A DNA stretch of 64,000 nucleotides from Shigella phage CWP003, in the sequence record OL856099. One strand, 5' to 3'. Made by a program: the position numbers and the translations under genes. Shown in pieces: positions 29,947 to 39,663 of this stretch. Within the stretch, counting starts at the first letter, position 1. Every line of letters begins with the position of its first letter. Below the pieces are notes generated by a model. It was not told the DNA's origin. It was given only the letters and a program-made list of their open reading frames with translations, and searched no databases.

Positions 29947-30170
29947 ACGGCTTCAACTTGGACGGGCGGAGCGGAACTTGTATCAATGTCTGGCAAGTCG
30001 AAGTAATACCCCGCCATACCAATTGCACCCACAATCGCGGCCCGTGCCACCTTGTTGCTAATTGACTCCCCAATAAGCTTTACCAACAGGGATAAGATTT
30101 GAGACGTCAAAGCCTTTTTCAGCCTTTTGTTTTCTTCCAAATCTTTCTGCATAACTACCACCCATGTCAA
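29940..30170 (-). CDS. Small membrane protein, holin-like candidate
   Basis: 76 aa; hydrophobic segment AAIVGAIGMAGYYF; convergent with the endolysin. Confidence 0.3.
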   Translation of the reverse strand: MTWVVVMQKDLEENKRLKKALTSQILSLLVKLIGESISNKVARAAIVGAIGMAGYYFDLPDIDTSSAPPVQVEAVK

Positions 30171-30709
30171 CGCACTTCCTGTGTCTTAACATTACCTGAA
30201 GCATCTCTCAAGGGCAGTGGATAGTAGGCCATTTGGTAGTCTGATACGCCTTCAATGTGATAAAACACGATTACGTCTTTGCTGTTGATGAGCATGTTAA
30301 CGACATCTGATTTATCTTCTGGAGTGAGTATTAGTGCGCCGCCTGTCCTGCTGTCTACTGCAACAGGGTATGTCTTGTCGACAAGGCCGCTGTCCAATGT
30401 ATTATACCTGACAACGATTTCAGGGGCATCAACTTTTGCCATTGACATTCCGAACACAAACGACACGACCTGCCGACCGCGATCATTCATTACGCACATC
30501 TTTTCTTTGTCAAATCTTTCTTTTATTACGTCGTATTTATTCCAGCAAAACTCAAATGACTGCCCATTGTTAAAATATCTTGTCAAAACTTTTGCACTTC
30601 CATTCGGCGGCGTAAACATATTTTCAGCCGATGCAGTCTTGGTGAAGAATATAACTGTCAGCATAGCCATGATGATGATCAAAACAATCTTTAATTTGTT
30701 CGCTTTCAT
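30167..30709 (-). CDS. Secreted or periplasmic protein with N-terminal signal peptide
   Basis: 180 aa; N-terminus MKANKLKIVLIIIMAMLTVIFFTKTASAEN fits a signal peptide with an A-x-A cleavage site. Confidence 0.5.
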   Translation of the reverse strand: MKANKLKIVLIIIMAMLTVIFFTKTASAENMFTPPNGSAKVLTRYFNNGQSFEFCWNKYDVIKERFDKEKMCVMNDRGRQVVSFVFGMSMAKVDAPEIVVRYNTLDSGLVDKTYPVAVDSRTGGALILTPEDKSDVVNMLINSKDVIVFYHIEGVSDYQMAYYPLPLRDASGNVKTQEVR

Positions 30710-30780
30710 TATAATTCACCTTTTGATTATGAATATTAATAGTATAGGCTTAAGGTTTTGAAAGTAAATACGCCGAAAGT

Positions 30781-30813
30781 AAATAAAAGAAAAGCCGGAA
30801 ATTTCCGGCTTTA
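30781..30813 (-). terminator. Intrinsic terminator after the ligase gene (AGCCGGAAATTTCCGGCT hairpin)
   Basis: Perfect hairpin; on the minus strand it is followed by a U-rich tract. Confidence 0.5.
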
Positions 30814-30884
30814 TGTATACACTGTATATTAAATTCTAGAAAACGGCGCGATAGATTATACGCAACAATTATTTATCCAGTGTG

Positions 30885-31862
30885 TTAAAAATACTCCATA
30901 TCGGTAATATCACGGAAGCACTTATACAAGGCAGAGCGCGGCACGTCAACTATGCCAAAGTTAAAGAATTTATATGTCAAATACTTGTTTCGATAATTCT
31001 CGCGATTCTCCCAAAGCATTTTTCTCTCTGCCATAGGCATTGAACCAGCGGAGACGCGGAAGGGAATCATTTCACCTTTCTCATCAACATATTTTGGATT
31101 GACAACCACAAATGATCCAAGGTATCCTTTTGCAACTAAGCCTTCAGCCTCTTTCGAACGCTTAGTGCGACCCAACTCATCAATGAATGCTTCGTTGTTA
31201 TTCTCCATCATCTCAACGAAGTCTATGATCAGTCCTTCTTCATCGGTCCACGGCTTGTCCTTCCACACATCACGTGACTTTGGCGTCGCGCGGCCATGCT
31301 TGTATTTGCCCGTCCAAGACTTGCCATACAAGCCTTCATAGCCAAGCTGGTCTGCTTCGATTTGCATCGCCGCGTACTGTTCCATATTTTCGATGTTTCG
31401 ATATTCGAGAGCGCGAAGGAATGGGCGTCGACCATGGTTGATGAGGTGCTGATTGACTTCAGCAACTCTAGCGCGATAGTTTGCATAACGCTTTTCAAAA
31501 GGCAAATCAGGGTCGCTGAAGTCATCAAACACCCACCATGTAAAGTTAGTGATTGCATCAGTGTTCATGCATGCAGTATAGGCCTGTTGCATGACGTTCT
31601 TGTCATTCGGATTACCGTCAATTAGCTCTCCATCAAGTCCGTGAATCAATTCACCCAAGAATAGGAACTCTTTTTTGATTTGAATGTTGCGCAGTGCCAT
31701 GCCGGATGTGCCCATTGGCAAGTTGTCATACGCCATCGCGCGTATTCCATCGACCTTGAAGGATAATCCGCAAGGCAGCGGCACATCTTCGCCGCGCTCG
31801 ATGATTTGTTTACGCTGGCAACCTTTCATTGGTTTTAATGCTTTGATTTCTCCTGCCATCAC
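30885..31862 (-). CDS. ATP-dependent DNA ligase
   Basis: 325 aa; nucleotidyltransferase motif I KVDGIRA (KxDGxR); size typical of phage ligases. Confidence 0.75.
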   Translation of the reverse strand: MMAGEIKALKPMKGCQRKQIIERGEDVPLPCGLSFKVDGIRAMAYDNLPMGTSGMALRNIQIKKEFLFLGELIHGLDGELIDGNPNDKNVMQQAYTACMNTDAITNFTWWVFDDFSDPDLPFEKRYANYRARVAEVNQHLINHGRRPFLRALEYRNIENMEQYAAMQIEADQLGYEGLYGKSWTGKYKHGRATPKSRDVWKDKPWTDEEGLIIDFVEMMENNNEAFIDELGRTKRSKEAEGLVAKGYLGSFVVVNPKYVDEKGEMIPFRVSAGSMPMAERKMLWENRENYRNKYLTYKFFNFGIVDVPRSALYKCFRDITDMEYF

Positions 31863-32452
31863 TCAAACTCCTTATTCATCACTTGTTCCAGCGCATAGGC
31901 ATAAGCCTGATCAGTCGATTTAATAAACGTTCCGTTGTACATCACACCTTTACGGTCCTTGATGTCTTCATAGGCGGCTTGAGCGCAATCAGACAGTCGA
32001 AGTCCATAATCATGCGCTACGCCGGAAAGATAATCGACTGCGGCCATGATAGTGACATCAATATCCATGCTTTGATTTTTAGCAATGGCGTCACCAAGCC
32101 GTCCGAGAGTCTTCGCCAAGCGAAGGATAAAGGAATGAGGGTGAGCGCCTTTGTCAGCGCAACCGCCTCCGTTGATGTCTTCGATTTTTGCACCATTTTG
32201 CGCGGCAAGAATAGTTAACACAACAAGGCAATCACCGATGTCGTCCTTGATTGCGGCTTGCAAATCACAAATGGCCTGCTCTGTATATCCGATTTCAGGG
32301 TCAAAGAACACAAGGTCATGGAGTTGATCCACGTGGTCGGTCAACTCCCCAAACTCGCTAATAAGCTTCGGGTATTGGTCTTTAAGGCCGCAACCTTTGA
32401 TGATGTTACGGTCAGAAGCCCATTGGCGAATGTTTGCATAAATCTGGTTCAT
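31859..32452 (-). CDS. mazG: MazG-like nucleotide pyrophosphohydrolase
   Basis: 197 aa all-helical protein; recalled similarity to phage MazG-family proteins; adjacent to ligase. Confidence 0.6.
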   Translation of the reverse strand: MNQIYANIRQWASDRNIIKGCGLKDQYPKLISEFGELTDHVDQLHDLVFFDPEIGYTEQAICDLQAAIKDDIGDCLVVLTILAAQNGAKIEDINGGGCADKGAHPHSFILRLAKTLGRLGDAIAKNQSMDIDVTIMAAVDYLSGVAHDYGLRLSDCAQAAYEDIKDRKGVMYNGTFIKSTDQAYAYALEQVMNKEFE

Positions 32453-32967
32453 TTATTTTCCTTTGATGCGTTGAATTGGTCGATTTTAATTTTAGCCTGA
32501 TTATAAGTATCAATCAAGCTATTAACTTTCTCTTTTAATCGGTTCGTTTCTGCGGCGAACTGAACAAGAAATCGGACATCCTCTTCTGATAGTCCACAGT
32601 TTCCTTCTGGGATAGAGAGGCGTCCAGTGGTCGCAGAGTAGGGCACACTCCTGAGTAATTCACGGGAACAGCTGAGTTGCTCGCGCAGCTTGATATTCCC
32701 AGACTTGTAACGAGCAATAGTGTCATCAGCAACCAGTTGCGCTTCCTGGCGACCCTTCTCATATGCCGATGCCGATTCAACCTGTAAAGATGCAATTTGC
32801 TCTTCGAGTGCATTTATCTTGTCCTTACGCTCATTAAGCGATGTCAGATATTGATTGTCCTTGGCCAGTGATGCGTTGGTTTGCTGAAGGTCTTCAACGT
32901 ATGATCCAGCGGCGAACGCGCCAACAAGGGCCAGAATCTTCAGTAGCGGTACAATTCTTTCTATCAT
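32449..32967 (-). CDS. i-spanin (Rz-like)
   Basis: 172 aa; N-terminal TM helix (IVPLLKILALVGAFAAGSYV) followed by coiled-coil; fully contains an out-of-frame lipoprotein ORF. Confidence 0.55.
   Translation of the reverse strand: MIERIVPLLKILALVGAFAAGSYVEDLQQTNASLAKDNQYLTSLNERKDKINALEEQIASLQVESASAYEKGRQEAQLVADDTIARYKSGNIKLREQLSCSRELLRSVPYSATTGRLSIPEGNCGLSEEDVRFLVQFAAETNRLKEKVNSLIDTYNQAKIKIDQFNASKENK
32535..32762 (-). CDS. o-spanin (Rz1-like) embedded in the +1 frame of the i-spanin
   Basis: Within track ORF 32535..32813; from internal Met: MRRVARKRNWLLMTLLLVTSLGISSC with a lipobox-like ISSC, then a short proline-containing mature region. Confidence 0.45.
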   Translation of the reverse strand: MRRVARKRNWLLMTLLLVTSLGISSCASNSAVPVNYSGVCPTLRPLDASLSQKETVDYQKRMSDFLFSSPQKRTD

Positions 32968-33024
32968 GATGCACCAGATAAATAAAAGGCCGCCAATCGG
33001 CAGCCTTGTTGATTTGATTGTCGA

Positions 33025-33885
33025 TTAAAACTCTTCTGCGTCGGTCGGAGTTTCATTGACAGGACCAGCGGCACCACTTGCTTCTTCCTGCTTGCTGCGG
33101 TCAATGTTAACGTTGCCGCCAACCACGTCGTTGTGGAATGCTTTGGCGACTTCGTACAGGCCTTTGTCCTGCACCAGACCTTCCAGCTCAAACTTCAGGA
33201 CGGACCAGGTGTTGCCGTCTTTGGACTGAGACGCAGTACCCATGCGAACGATGTTCATGAAGGTCGGCGGCGTTTTCAGGCCCTGCGGAGTCTGAACTTT
33301 CTTCTGCTGCAGAGCGGTCATCAGCATGCGAGACGGCTTGATCATGGAAGAAGTCAGAGACAGCATTGCACTACCAAATTCACCAGTTTCTTCGTTCAAC
33401 AGAATCACGAAGTGGTTACGTGTATCTGCGTAGTAAGGTGATTTCTTCTCGTGCACCTTGCCGTTTTCGTCTGGCACAAACACCTTACCGTTGATCTCAA
33501 CAGCGCGGCCTGCCGCGACTTCTGCATCAACGTGCTCTTTGGTGAATTCACCTTTAAAGCCTTTATCGTCGGACTCGCGACCGCCCCAAAGGATGAAGGT
33601 GCGTTTGAATGCGCAAGGGATGATCTGCACGCCCTTCTTGCCGTCATACAATTCACCAGTAACGGTGTTGTACAGCATACCAGCTTTTGCGCCAGGAACG
33701 TGTTTTGGATCATCTTCGTCGACCATCGGAGACATCTTTTGCAGTACGACGATAAAAGGAATGGCATAAGCGTCGGCATCGGCACCTTCAAAACCAGCGC
33801 CAAAATCGGTCATATCGACAAAATCAGCCATAGCGGACATCTGGGTGTTTTTTGCTGCAACTTCGGTAGTTTCTTTCTTAGACAT
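33025..33885 (-). CDS. Putative ssDNA-binding protein (T7 gp2.5-like architecture)
   Basis: 286 aa; acidic C-terminal tail ending in Phe (...ETPTDAEEF); sits in the replication operon. Architecture-based inference only. Confidence 0.35.
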   Translation of the reverse strand: MSKKETTEVAAKNTQMSAMADFVDMTDFGAGFEGADADAYAIPFIVVLQKMSPMVDEDDPKHVPGAKAGMLYNTVTGELYDGKKGVQIIPCAFKRTFILWGGRESDDKGFKGEFTKEHVDAEVAAGRAVEINGKVFVPDENGKVHEKKSPYYADTRNHFVILLNEETGEFGSAMLSLTSSMIKPSRMLMTALQQKKVQTPQGLKTPPTFMNIVRMGTASQSKDGNTWSVLKFELEGLVQDKGLYEVAKAFHNDVVGGNVNIDRSKQEEASGAAGPVNETPTDAEEF

Positions 33886-33944
33886 TTGGTGTTTTCCTAT
33901 AGTATCAAGTTTCGTGGCAACCTGATTTCAAGATAAAGGTTAAA

Positions 33945-34502
33945 TTACTTTTTGCTTTTAGGCAAGGTTATTTTAGCTTCTTTATACTCAAAAACGCTAA
34001 TATCTTCACTAACTGGATTACCCGCTTCCAGCTGTTCTTTAACAAATGACTTCAGTGTAGCAGAATGAACGCCTTGTTTCAACGTGGCTTCAACACCGTC
34101 TTCACGCAGCGCGGCAACAATCTCTTGCGCTTGCTCGATTTCTTCGCGACCGAACTCAGCCGTGACGCTGGACTTGATCAAGCCGCCGTAACCGTTGTTG
34201 ACGAGCCAATCGAATACCTTCAATTCATTTTCTTTCTTGATTGAAGCATTTACTTTTGACTCGACCTTGATTTTGGTCTTGTCTTCAAGCTTGATTTCGG
34301 ACACGCCAAGCTCATCCATGACGCCAGGAAGCAGAACAGTTTTGATTTCACTGATGCGCTGCTTTTGCATATCAGCTTCATCTTCAAGCTCTGTCAAAGC
34401 TTCTTGGCGTTCTGCCAATTCCGATACTAAGCGCGCAAGGCGCTCTTGAATGCTCTCAGGAGCGACCTGCGGCAAATCATCTTCCCAATTAATATTGCTC
34501 AT
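33945..34502 (-). CDS. Hypothetical acidic protein
   Basis: Track ORF; position in the replication/recombination block. Confidence 0.4.
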   Translation of the reverse strand: MSNINWEDDLPQVAPESIQERLARLVSELAERQEALTELEDEADMQKQRISEIKTVLLPGVMDELGVSEIKLEDKTKIKVESKVNASIKKENELKVFDWLVNNGYGGLIKSSVTAEFGREEIEQAQEIVAALREDGVEATLKQGVHSATLKSFVKEQLEAGNPVSEDISVFEYKEAKITLPKSKK

Positions 34503-34762
34503 ATTTTACCTTCTTGCATTAGCCCTTCAACACGGGTCATTTGATAACGTTCAGGTTTCCAAGCCGCCAAAGCCTTCTCAGCGCCTTTTAAAGTCTTATA
34601 TGCCTTGATGCCAGGCATAATTACGGTATTCACCCCAGCACCGTTGCCATAATCAAACTCTTTTACAACGCGGAACATGCCGTCAATTTCTTTGACCAAA
34701 AGACGTTTGAACGCGATTGCGCCAGTAGCTTCATTTTTGTAACGTTCAAGGATGCGTACCAT
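34499..34762 (-). CDS. Hypothetical protein
   Basis: Track ORF, overlapping the downstream gene by 4 nt. Confidence 0.4.
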   Translation of the reverse strand: MVRILERYKNEATGAIAFKRLLVKEIDGMFRVVKEFDYGNGAGVNTVIMPGIKAYKTLKGAEKALAAWKPERYQMTRVEGLMQEGKI

Positions 34763-34836
34763 TTTGTATTCCTCTATTTCGTTTCGATGAAGTAATTATG
34801 ACTCATCTTCCGTGACAAGTCAAATTATTTTTGATA

Positions 34837-36360
34837 TTAATTCATCTTTTTGCCGTCGAGGATGTGATCAGCAAGCATTGACTTCATACTGAGTGAACGC
34901 TGAATTTCTTCGTCGATGGTATCAACACCAATAAAATCAACATACAACACGCTTGATTTGGTGCCGATGCGGTGATTTCGGTCTTCGGATTGTTTGCGCA
35001 GCTCGTTGTCGTAGTTGCAAGAATAATAAATTGCCAAGTCAGCGGCGGTAAGCGTGATGCCGATGCCTGCCGCTGCAGCGTGGCAAACCAATACCTGTGT
35101 TCCACCATTCGCGACTGTGTTCTTCTGGAAGTCATCAATTAAGAACTCGCGCTGCTCTTTGGACGTTTCACCGTTGTATACACCAGTGACCACGCCTTCA
35201 GACTCAAGCCAGTCCTTAATCTGGTTCATCTCTTCCTTAAAGATGGCCCAAACGATGAATTTGCGCTCTGGGTCGTCTTCCAGCACCCCTTCCACATAAT
35301 CCTTAAAGGCCGTGAATCGTGGGTTGTCTTCCATGTAGACCATCTCATCATACACCTTAACAAAACCGGATGTCACCTGCTTCATCTTAGTGCGCGACGC
35401 GATCATCTCAAACTTGACGTTTTCTTCTTCGCCCTTGTATTCCATCAAATAGTTGTACTCATTCTTGAGTTCATCGTAAACATCGCGTTGTTTAGGCGAC
35501 AACTCGAAGTCAATAAACTTGTACACCTTCTCTGGAAGGTCAGGCAAGTATTCTGCTTTTGTTGCACGAAAATAGTGCGGTTCCATCAGCCGGATAAGCT
35601 TGTCAAGGTTCTTGTACATCGGTCGGCCAAACTGGTCTTTGCGCGGCACTTGCGGAATCCCATAGCCATTGCCGCCGATTTTCTTGAGGATGGCTTGCAT
35701 CTCTGGGTCGTGCGCTTCAAGCAGCACAGTGAATTCAGAGTTAAAGGCACGGAATGATTTGGTGCCGAGCAATCCTGCTTCAAGGAAGTGGTATTGCATG
35801 TAAATATCCGCAGGCGAGCGCGGCAACGGCGTGCCAGAAAGGATTCGACGGGCCTTTGCCAGCCGTCCCAATTCCACAACCTTGATGGAGCGTTTGGCTG
35901 TGTTATTCTTGATGCGCGTTGATTCGTCGATGATCATCAGGCAGCGGTACTTCTTCAAGACCGACTCGATGTGTTGATAACCGACTGGTGTGTTGACAGT
36001 ATCGATGTTGAATGAGAAGATGCGCGCAGGCACTTCGCCTTCGGGGTAGTGATCAGCAAACATCTTCTCCCAAAGCGCCTTGCCCTTTTTAGTTTTCATC
36101 TTGTCGTTGCCGCGCCAGTAGTGCCCAATCCACTTGATGGAAAGGTGCTCTGGCGCTTCACGACGAATCCAGTTTGAGTGGACACCGTTTGGAGCGATGA
36201 CTACCATGGCATCGAACGCGCCAGCGGTGAAGTGCTTTTCAAACTCTGCCAAAGCGGTCCAAGTTTTACCAAGACCCTGTTCCATGAAATAGGCAAAGTA
36301 TTTTCTGCGGCCTGCTTTATCAAGCGCCAGAAGCTGGTGGCGCATCCCTTGTGTTTTCAT
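34837..36360 (-). CDS. SNF2-family helicase / DNA-dependent ATPase
   Basis: 507 aa; Walker A-like GLGKT, DExx-like MIIDESTRIKN, SNF2-type ILSGTPLPRSPADIY. Confidence 0.8.
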   Translation of the reverse strand: MKTQGMRHQLLALDKAGRRKYFAYFMEQGLGKTWTALAEFEKHFTAGAFDAMVVIAPNGVHSNWIRREAPEHLSIKWIGHYWRGNDKMKTKKGKALWEKMFADHYPEGEVPARIFSFNIDTVNTPVGYQHIESVLKKYRCLMIIDESTRIKNNTAKRSIKVVELGRLAKARRILSGTPLPRSPADIYMQYHFLEAGLLGTKSFRAFNSEFTVLLEAHDPEMQAILKKIGGNGYGIPQVPRKDQFGRPMYKNLDKLIRLMEPHYFRATKAEYLPDLPEKVYKFIDFELSPKQRDVYDELKNEYNYLMEYKGEEENVKFEMIASRTKMKQVTSGFVKVYDEMVYMEDNPRFTAFKDYVEGVLEDDPERKFIVWAIFKEEMNQIKDWLESEGVVTGVYNGETSKEQREFLIDDFQKNTVANGGTQVLVCHAAAAGIGITLTAADLAIYYSCNYDNELRKQSEDRNHRIGTKSSVLYVDFIGVDTIDEEIQRSLSMKSMLADHILDGKKMN

Positions 36361-36779
36361 GACAATTCCTCTAAATACTTGATGATGTGATGAATAGTGC
36401 CCTTCACGATTATCTCACGTTGAACGTCTGCAATATTATAACGCTTTAATTCAATCGAAGGGTGGACTAAATAAAACATCTTCTCAGAATCGACTTTAAG
36501 CAAAACAAATGATGGGTATTTCCAATCATTCCACGAAGAAAGAAAGCTGCACTGACCTTTCTCAAATGCATTTCTGAAAGGTGCAGTGGTGGCCCTTGCA
36601 GGCCACGATTCAAAGAACTTCATTTCAAGCCAAAAGCCGCGCCCTTTCCGGTTGGTGCCGATTACGTCCGGCACACCATCACCCGTCATTGATTCGATTC
36701 TTTGAAGCTTCAAGATTGATTCTGAATGCTTCTTCAAAGGCACGAATATGTATTTCTGTTCACGGTTATTTGTTGCCAT
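36357..36779 (-). CDS. VRR-NUC domain nuclease
   Basis: 140 aa; GVPDVIG...GFWLEMKF matches the PD-(D/E)xK-like VRR-NUC core; coupled to SNF2 as is typical. Confidence 0.65.
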   Translation of the reverse strand: MATNNREQKYIFVPLKKHSESILKLQRIESMTGDGVPDVIGTNRKGRGFWLEMKFFESWPARATTAPFRNAFEKGQCSFLSSWNDWKYPSFVLLKVDSEKMFYLVHPSIELKRYNIADVQREIIVKGTIHHIIKYLEELS

Positions 36780-39663
36780 CTGGATACACCTGTTTGATCA
36801 CGTCGACGATAAACATGTCAATACCTTCAAGCTTGCGGCCTTTCATCAGAAAGAATGCGCCGTTCCCGACGTTCTCTGCAATGTACTTACCGTATTTCTG
36901 GAACTTCTCTGGGCGAATCCTGAAGCGCATTGGCGAGTCGGTCGAATCGTCCTTGCACATAAGGTCAATGAACTGAGTCTCAAGCTTGTTTCCATACTGG
37001 TCAAACTCTGCGTAGCGGCCATCAGCTTGAAGACCCTTTTTAAGTTTGCCGTGCTTTGTATAAATGCCGCGCTCAAGACGTTTACGGATGCGTGTCGCTT
37101 CGTTCTCGTCAGCCAGCACTTTCTTGGTCAACTTGCCGATTACTATTGCACGCTCGTCATCGCCGACTTCCTTCATCTGGCGTATTGAAGCACCGGAAGT
37201 AACGCCAATCAGATAGGGGTCATTATACGCCCAGCCAAACTTGGTGTGCATCTCTGTAAGGTCGCCGTATTTGACTTCAGCATTGGCCAATGCATCCTTT
37301 TGTTTTTGCGTTAAGGTTCCGGCTTCACGCGCTTCGATGTACTTCATCGCCTTCACCATTCCGTACCCTTTGGCATTCATTATGCCGCCGATTAGCTTTC
37401 CGTTAGCGATGGTCCAGTTCATTGAAGAGTGATCAGGGTCGATTGGCACATAATCCACGCCTTCCTTTGCAAGTTCACGTAATATCGCAATCGTCTGGTC
37501 TTCGTCCTTAGCAGCGCGTAAGCAAGCAGCGGCAAATTCCAACGGGTAGTGTCGTTTAAGCCACAAGGTCCAGTAAGTCACGACCGCGTATGACACGGAG
37601 TGTGACTTGTTAAAGCCCCATGACCCGAACGTCGCCATCGCCTGCCAAAGCTTTCTTGCATCCGCTTCCGGTACGCCGTTATTTATTGCGCCTGCAACGA
37701 AGTCTTCGCCAAGCTTGTTAAAGTATTCCTCACCCTTACGACCTGACATCGCCTTACGCACAGCTGACGTTTTCGCCCAGTCGAATGAACCAATCTCTTT
37801 AACCACGGCCATGATTTGCTCTTGGTAAAGAAACACGCCATAAGTCTCTTTTAAGTACGGCTCAAGCTGCGGCACGTCGTACTCAATCGGCGCACGTCCT
37901 GCCGCGCGTTCAATGTATTTCTGGGCCATACCGGACGACAACGGGCCAGGTCGGCCAAGTGCTGTCAGGTTATCGATTTTGTTAAAGTTATCAACGTGCA
38001 CAAAGTTGGTCACTGAGCGTACAGCGTCGCCTTCAAACTGGAAGATGCCTGACATCTTGTTTTCGTTAAGGATGTCAAGGACGCTTTGGTCATCAAGCTT
38101 GATTCCGTACAGCGTTTCAGCATCTATCACGCCAGTATCAGAAATGATTCCGAGGGTGCGAAGACCCAATGCATCAAGCTTCAAAAGGTTAAGGTATTCG
38201 CTGTCAGGCTTATCAATTTGTGCAATCCCTTCCGCCGTTACCGTACAGTAATCAGAGATTGGGTCATTACAAACGATGATTCCCGCTGCGTGAACGCCAG
38301 TGTGGGAAGGGTGAATCTCAAGGTCACCCATGCATCGCGCGGCATCGGGATATTTAGCCACAAACTCTTGGCCCGTGGTCGTTGTTGCAAAGGTGTCCTC
38401 CAGGCCGTGGCCATAACGGGCGTCACCGGATGAGTATTCAAGCAATGCGTTTTTAATGTTGGCCGTTTCGTGATATCCAATGTTGAATTTCTTACCAACC
38501 TGAGCCATTACTGAGTTGGCCTTAAGCGTGTTGATGTTGCCAAGTTTTGCAACGTTCATTTCGCCGTATTTTTCTTTAAGGTAATCAAACACCATATAGC
38601 GTTTGGTATCCTCAAAGTCAATATCAATATCAGGAAGGTCTGCGCGGCTTACGTCAATGAATCGGGCAAACAGTAGCTTATACGGGATTGGGTCGACCTC
38701 CGTGATGCCGAGGCAATAACAAACCAGTGAACCAGCCGATGAGCCGCGAGCGGGTCCGACGAGCATTTTTGTTTTTGCGAATCGTACAAGGTCCGCTACC
38801 ACCAGAAAGTATGAGTCGAAATCTTTCAGCTGAATCTGGTGAATCTCTTCGTTGAATCGGTCCTCATATTCCTGAGTCCATTCTTTGATGTGACCTGCCT
38901 TAAGGCGGTACTCCATCCCCTCACGAGCAAGCTTTACCATGTCACCAGCAAGGTGGATAATCGGTGCCTTGCGCAGCTTCAGGTCAAGCCCAACGATTCC
39001 ATTTGCAATATCAACCGCATTGGCCGTTGCTTGATTCAACTCGTCTTCGGTCAGGATTCCTTTAAGCTGTTTGCGCAAGTCTTCCGCGTCAACGATGCAG
39101 TGCGGCTTAACCGTGTCTCGAACTTCCCATGCATAAGCAAAGTCAACGTGCTCAGGTGAAGGCATGTGGTTGTATCCGGTTAAAACCAGCGGCCTTCCGT
39201 TGCTGCGGTGAGCCAATACCTGGCGCTTGGCCAAAAGGAACGATGATGGGTTGACGTCTATATAATCATAGTCCTCTGGCCGCAGCAGCTCCACGGCCCC
39301 GCCACAGAATTTAACGACGCCATCGAGCGCCCCGAACTCTGCACGGGTCAGTCCGCCGCGCTGTGTTGCAAGCGTGGTCGCGTTGTAAAAGGATTTCAGG
39401 TCAAGCGCCAATATCCAAGCCTTCGGTTTGAATCCCTTTTTCGGGTCCGCATCAGGGTCAATGATTGGAATCTCCATACCGAACATAGGCTTGATATCAT
39501 TCTTCTGACATTCCTTTTCCCATCGAACGTGACCCCATGTATTGTTATCAACTAATGCCGCGACTTCGCAGCCCAACTCTTTGAGCCGTGCTATAATTTC
39601 AGGATGCCGTCCATATACTTCTTTGAACGTGTAACCGCTGCGAACTCTCAATTGTGGAAACAT
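36766..39663 (-). CDS. dnaE: DNA polymerase III alpha-like replicative polymerase (DnaE family, PHP domain)
   Basis: 965 aa; N-terminal PHP-like region (VRSGYTFKEVYGRH) and overall DnaE-like core. Confidence 0.8.
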   Translation of the reverse strand: MFPQLRVRSGYTFKEVYGRHPEIIARLKELGCEVAALVDNNTWGHVRWEKECQKNDIKPMFGMEIPIIDPDADPKKGFKPKAWILALDLKSFYNATTLATQRGGLTRAEFGALDGVVKFCGGAVELLRPEDYDYIDVNPSSFLLAKRQVLAHRSNGRPLVLTGYNHMPSPEHVDFAYAWEVRDTVKPHCIVDAEDLRKQLKGILTEDELNQATANAVDIANGIVGLDLKLRKAPIIHLAGDMVKLAREGMEYRLKAGHIKEWTQEYEDRFNEEIHQIQLKDFDSYFLVVADLVRFAKTKMLVGPARGSSAGSLVCYCLGITEVDPIPYKLLFARFIDVSRADLPDIDIDFEDTKRYMVFDYLKEKYGEMNVAKLGNINTLKANSVMAQVGKKFNIGYHETANIKNALLEYSSGDARYGHGLEDTFATTTTGQEFVAKYPDAARCMGDLEIHPSHTGVHAAGIIVCNDPISDYCTVTAEGIAQIDKPDSEYLNLLKLDALGLRTLGIISDTGVIDAETLYGIKLDDQSVLDILNENKMSGIFQFEGDAVRSVTNFVHVDNFNKIDNLTALGRPGPLSSGMAQKYIERAAGRAPIEYDVPQLEPYLKETYGVFLYQEQIMAVVKEIGSFDWAKTSAVRKAMSGRKGEEYFNKLGEDFVAGAINNGVPEADARKLWQAMATFGSWGFNKSHSVSYAVVTYWTLWLKRHYPLEFAAACLRAAKDEDQTIAILRELAKEGVDYVPIDPDHSSMNWTIANGKLIGGIMNAKGYGMVKAMKYIEAREAGTLTQKQKDALANAEVKYGDLTEMHTKFGWAYNDPYLIGVTSGASIRQMKEVGDDERAIVIGKLTKKVLADENEATRIRKRLERGIYTKHGKLKKGLQADGRYAEFDQYGNKLETQFIDLMCKDDSTDSPMRFRIRPEKFQKYGKYIAENVGNGAFFLMKGRKLEGIDMFIVDVIKQVYPDGNK

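Noticed and set aside
37607-39159. Plus-strand ORFs inside the dnaE region (for example 37913..38251, 38086..38433, 38839..39159)
   Set aside because: Antisense to a long, motif-supported polymerase gene; typical spurious ORFs.
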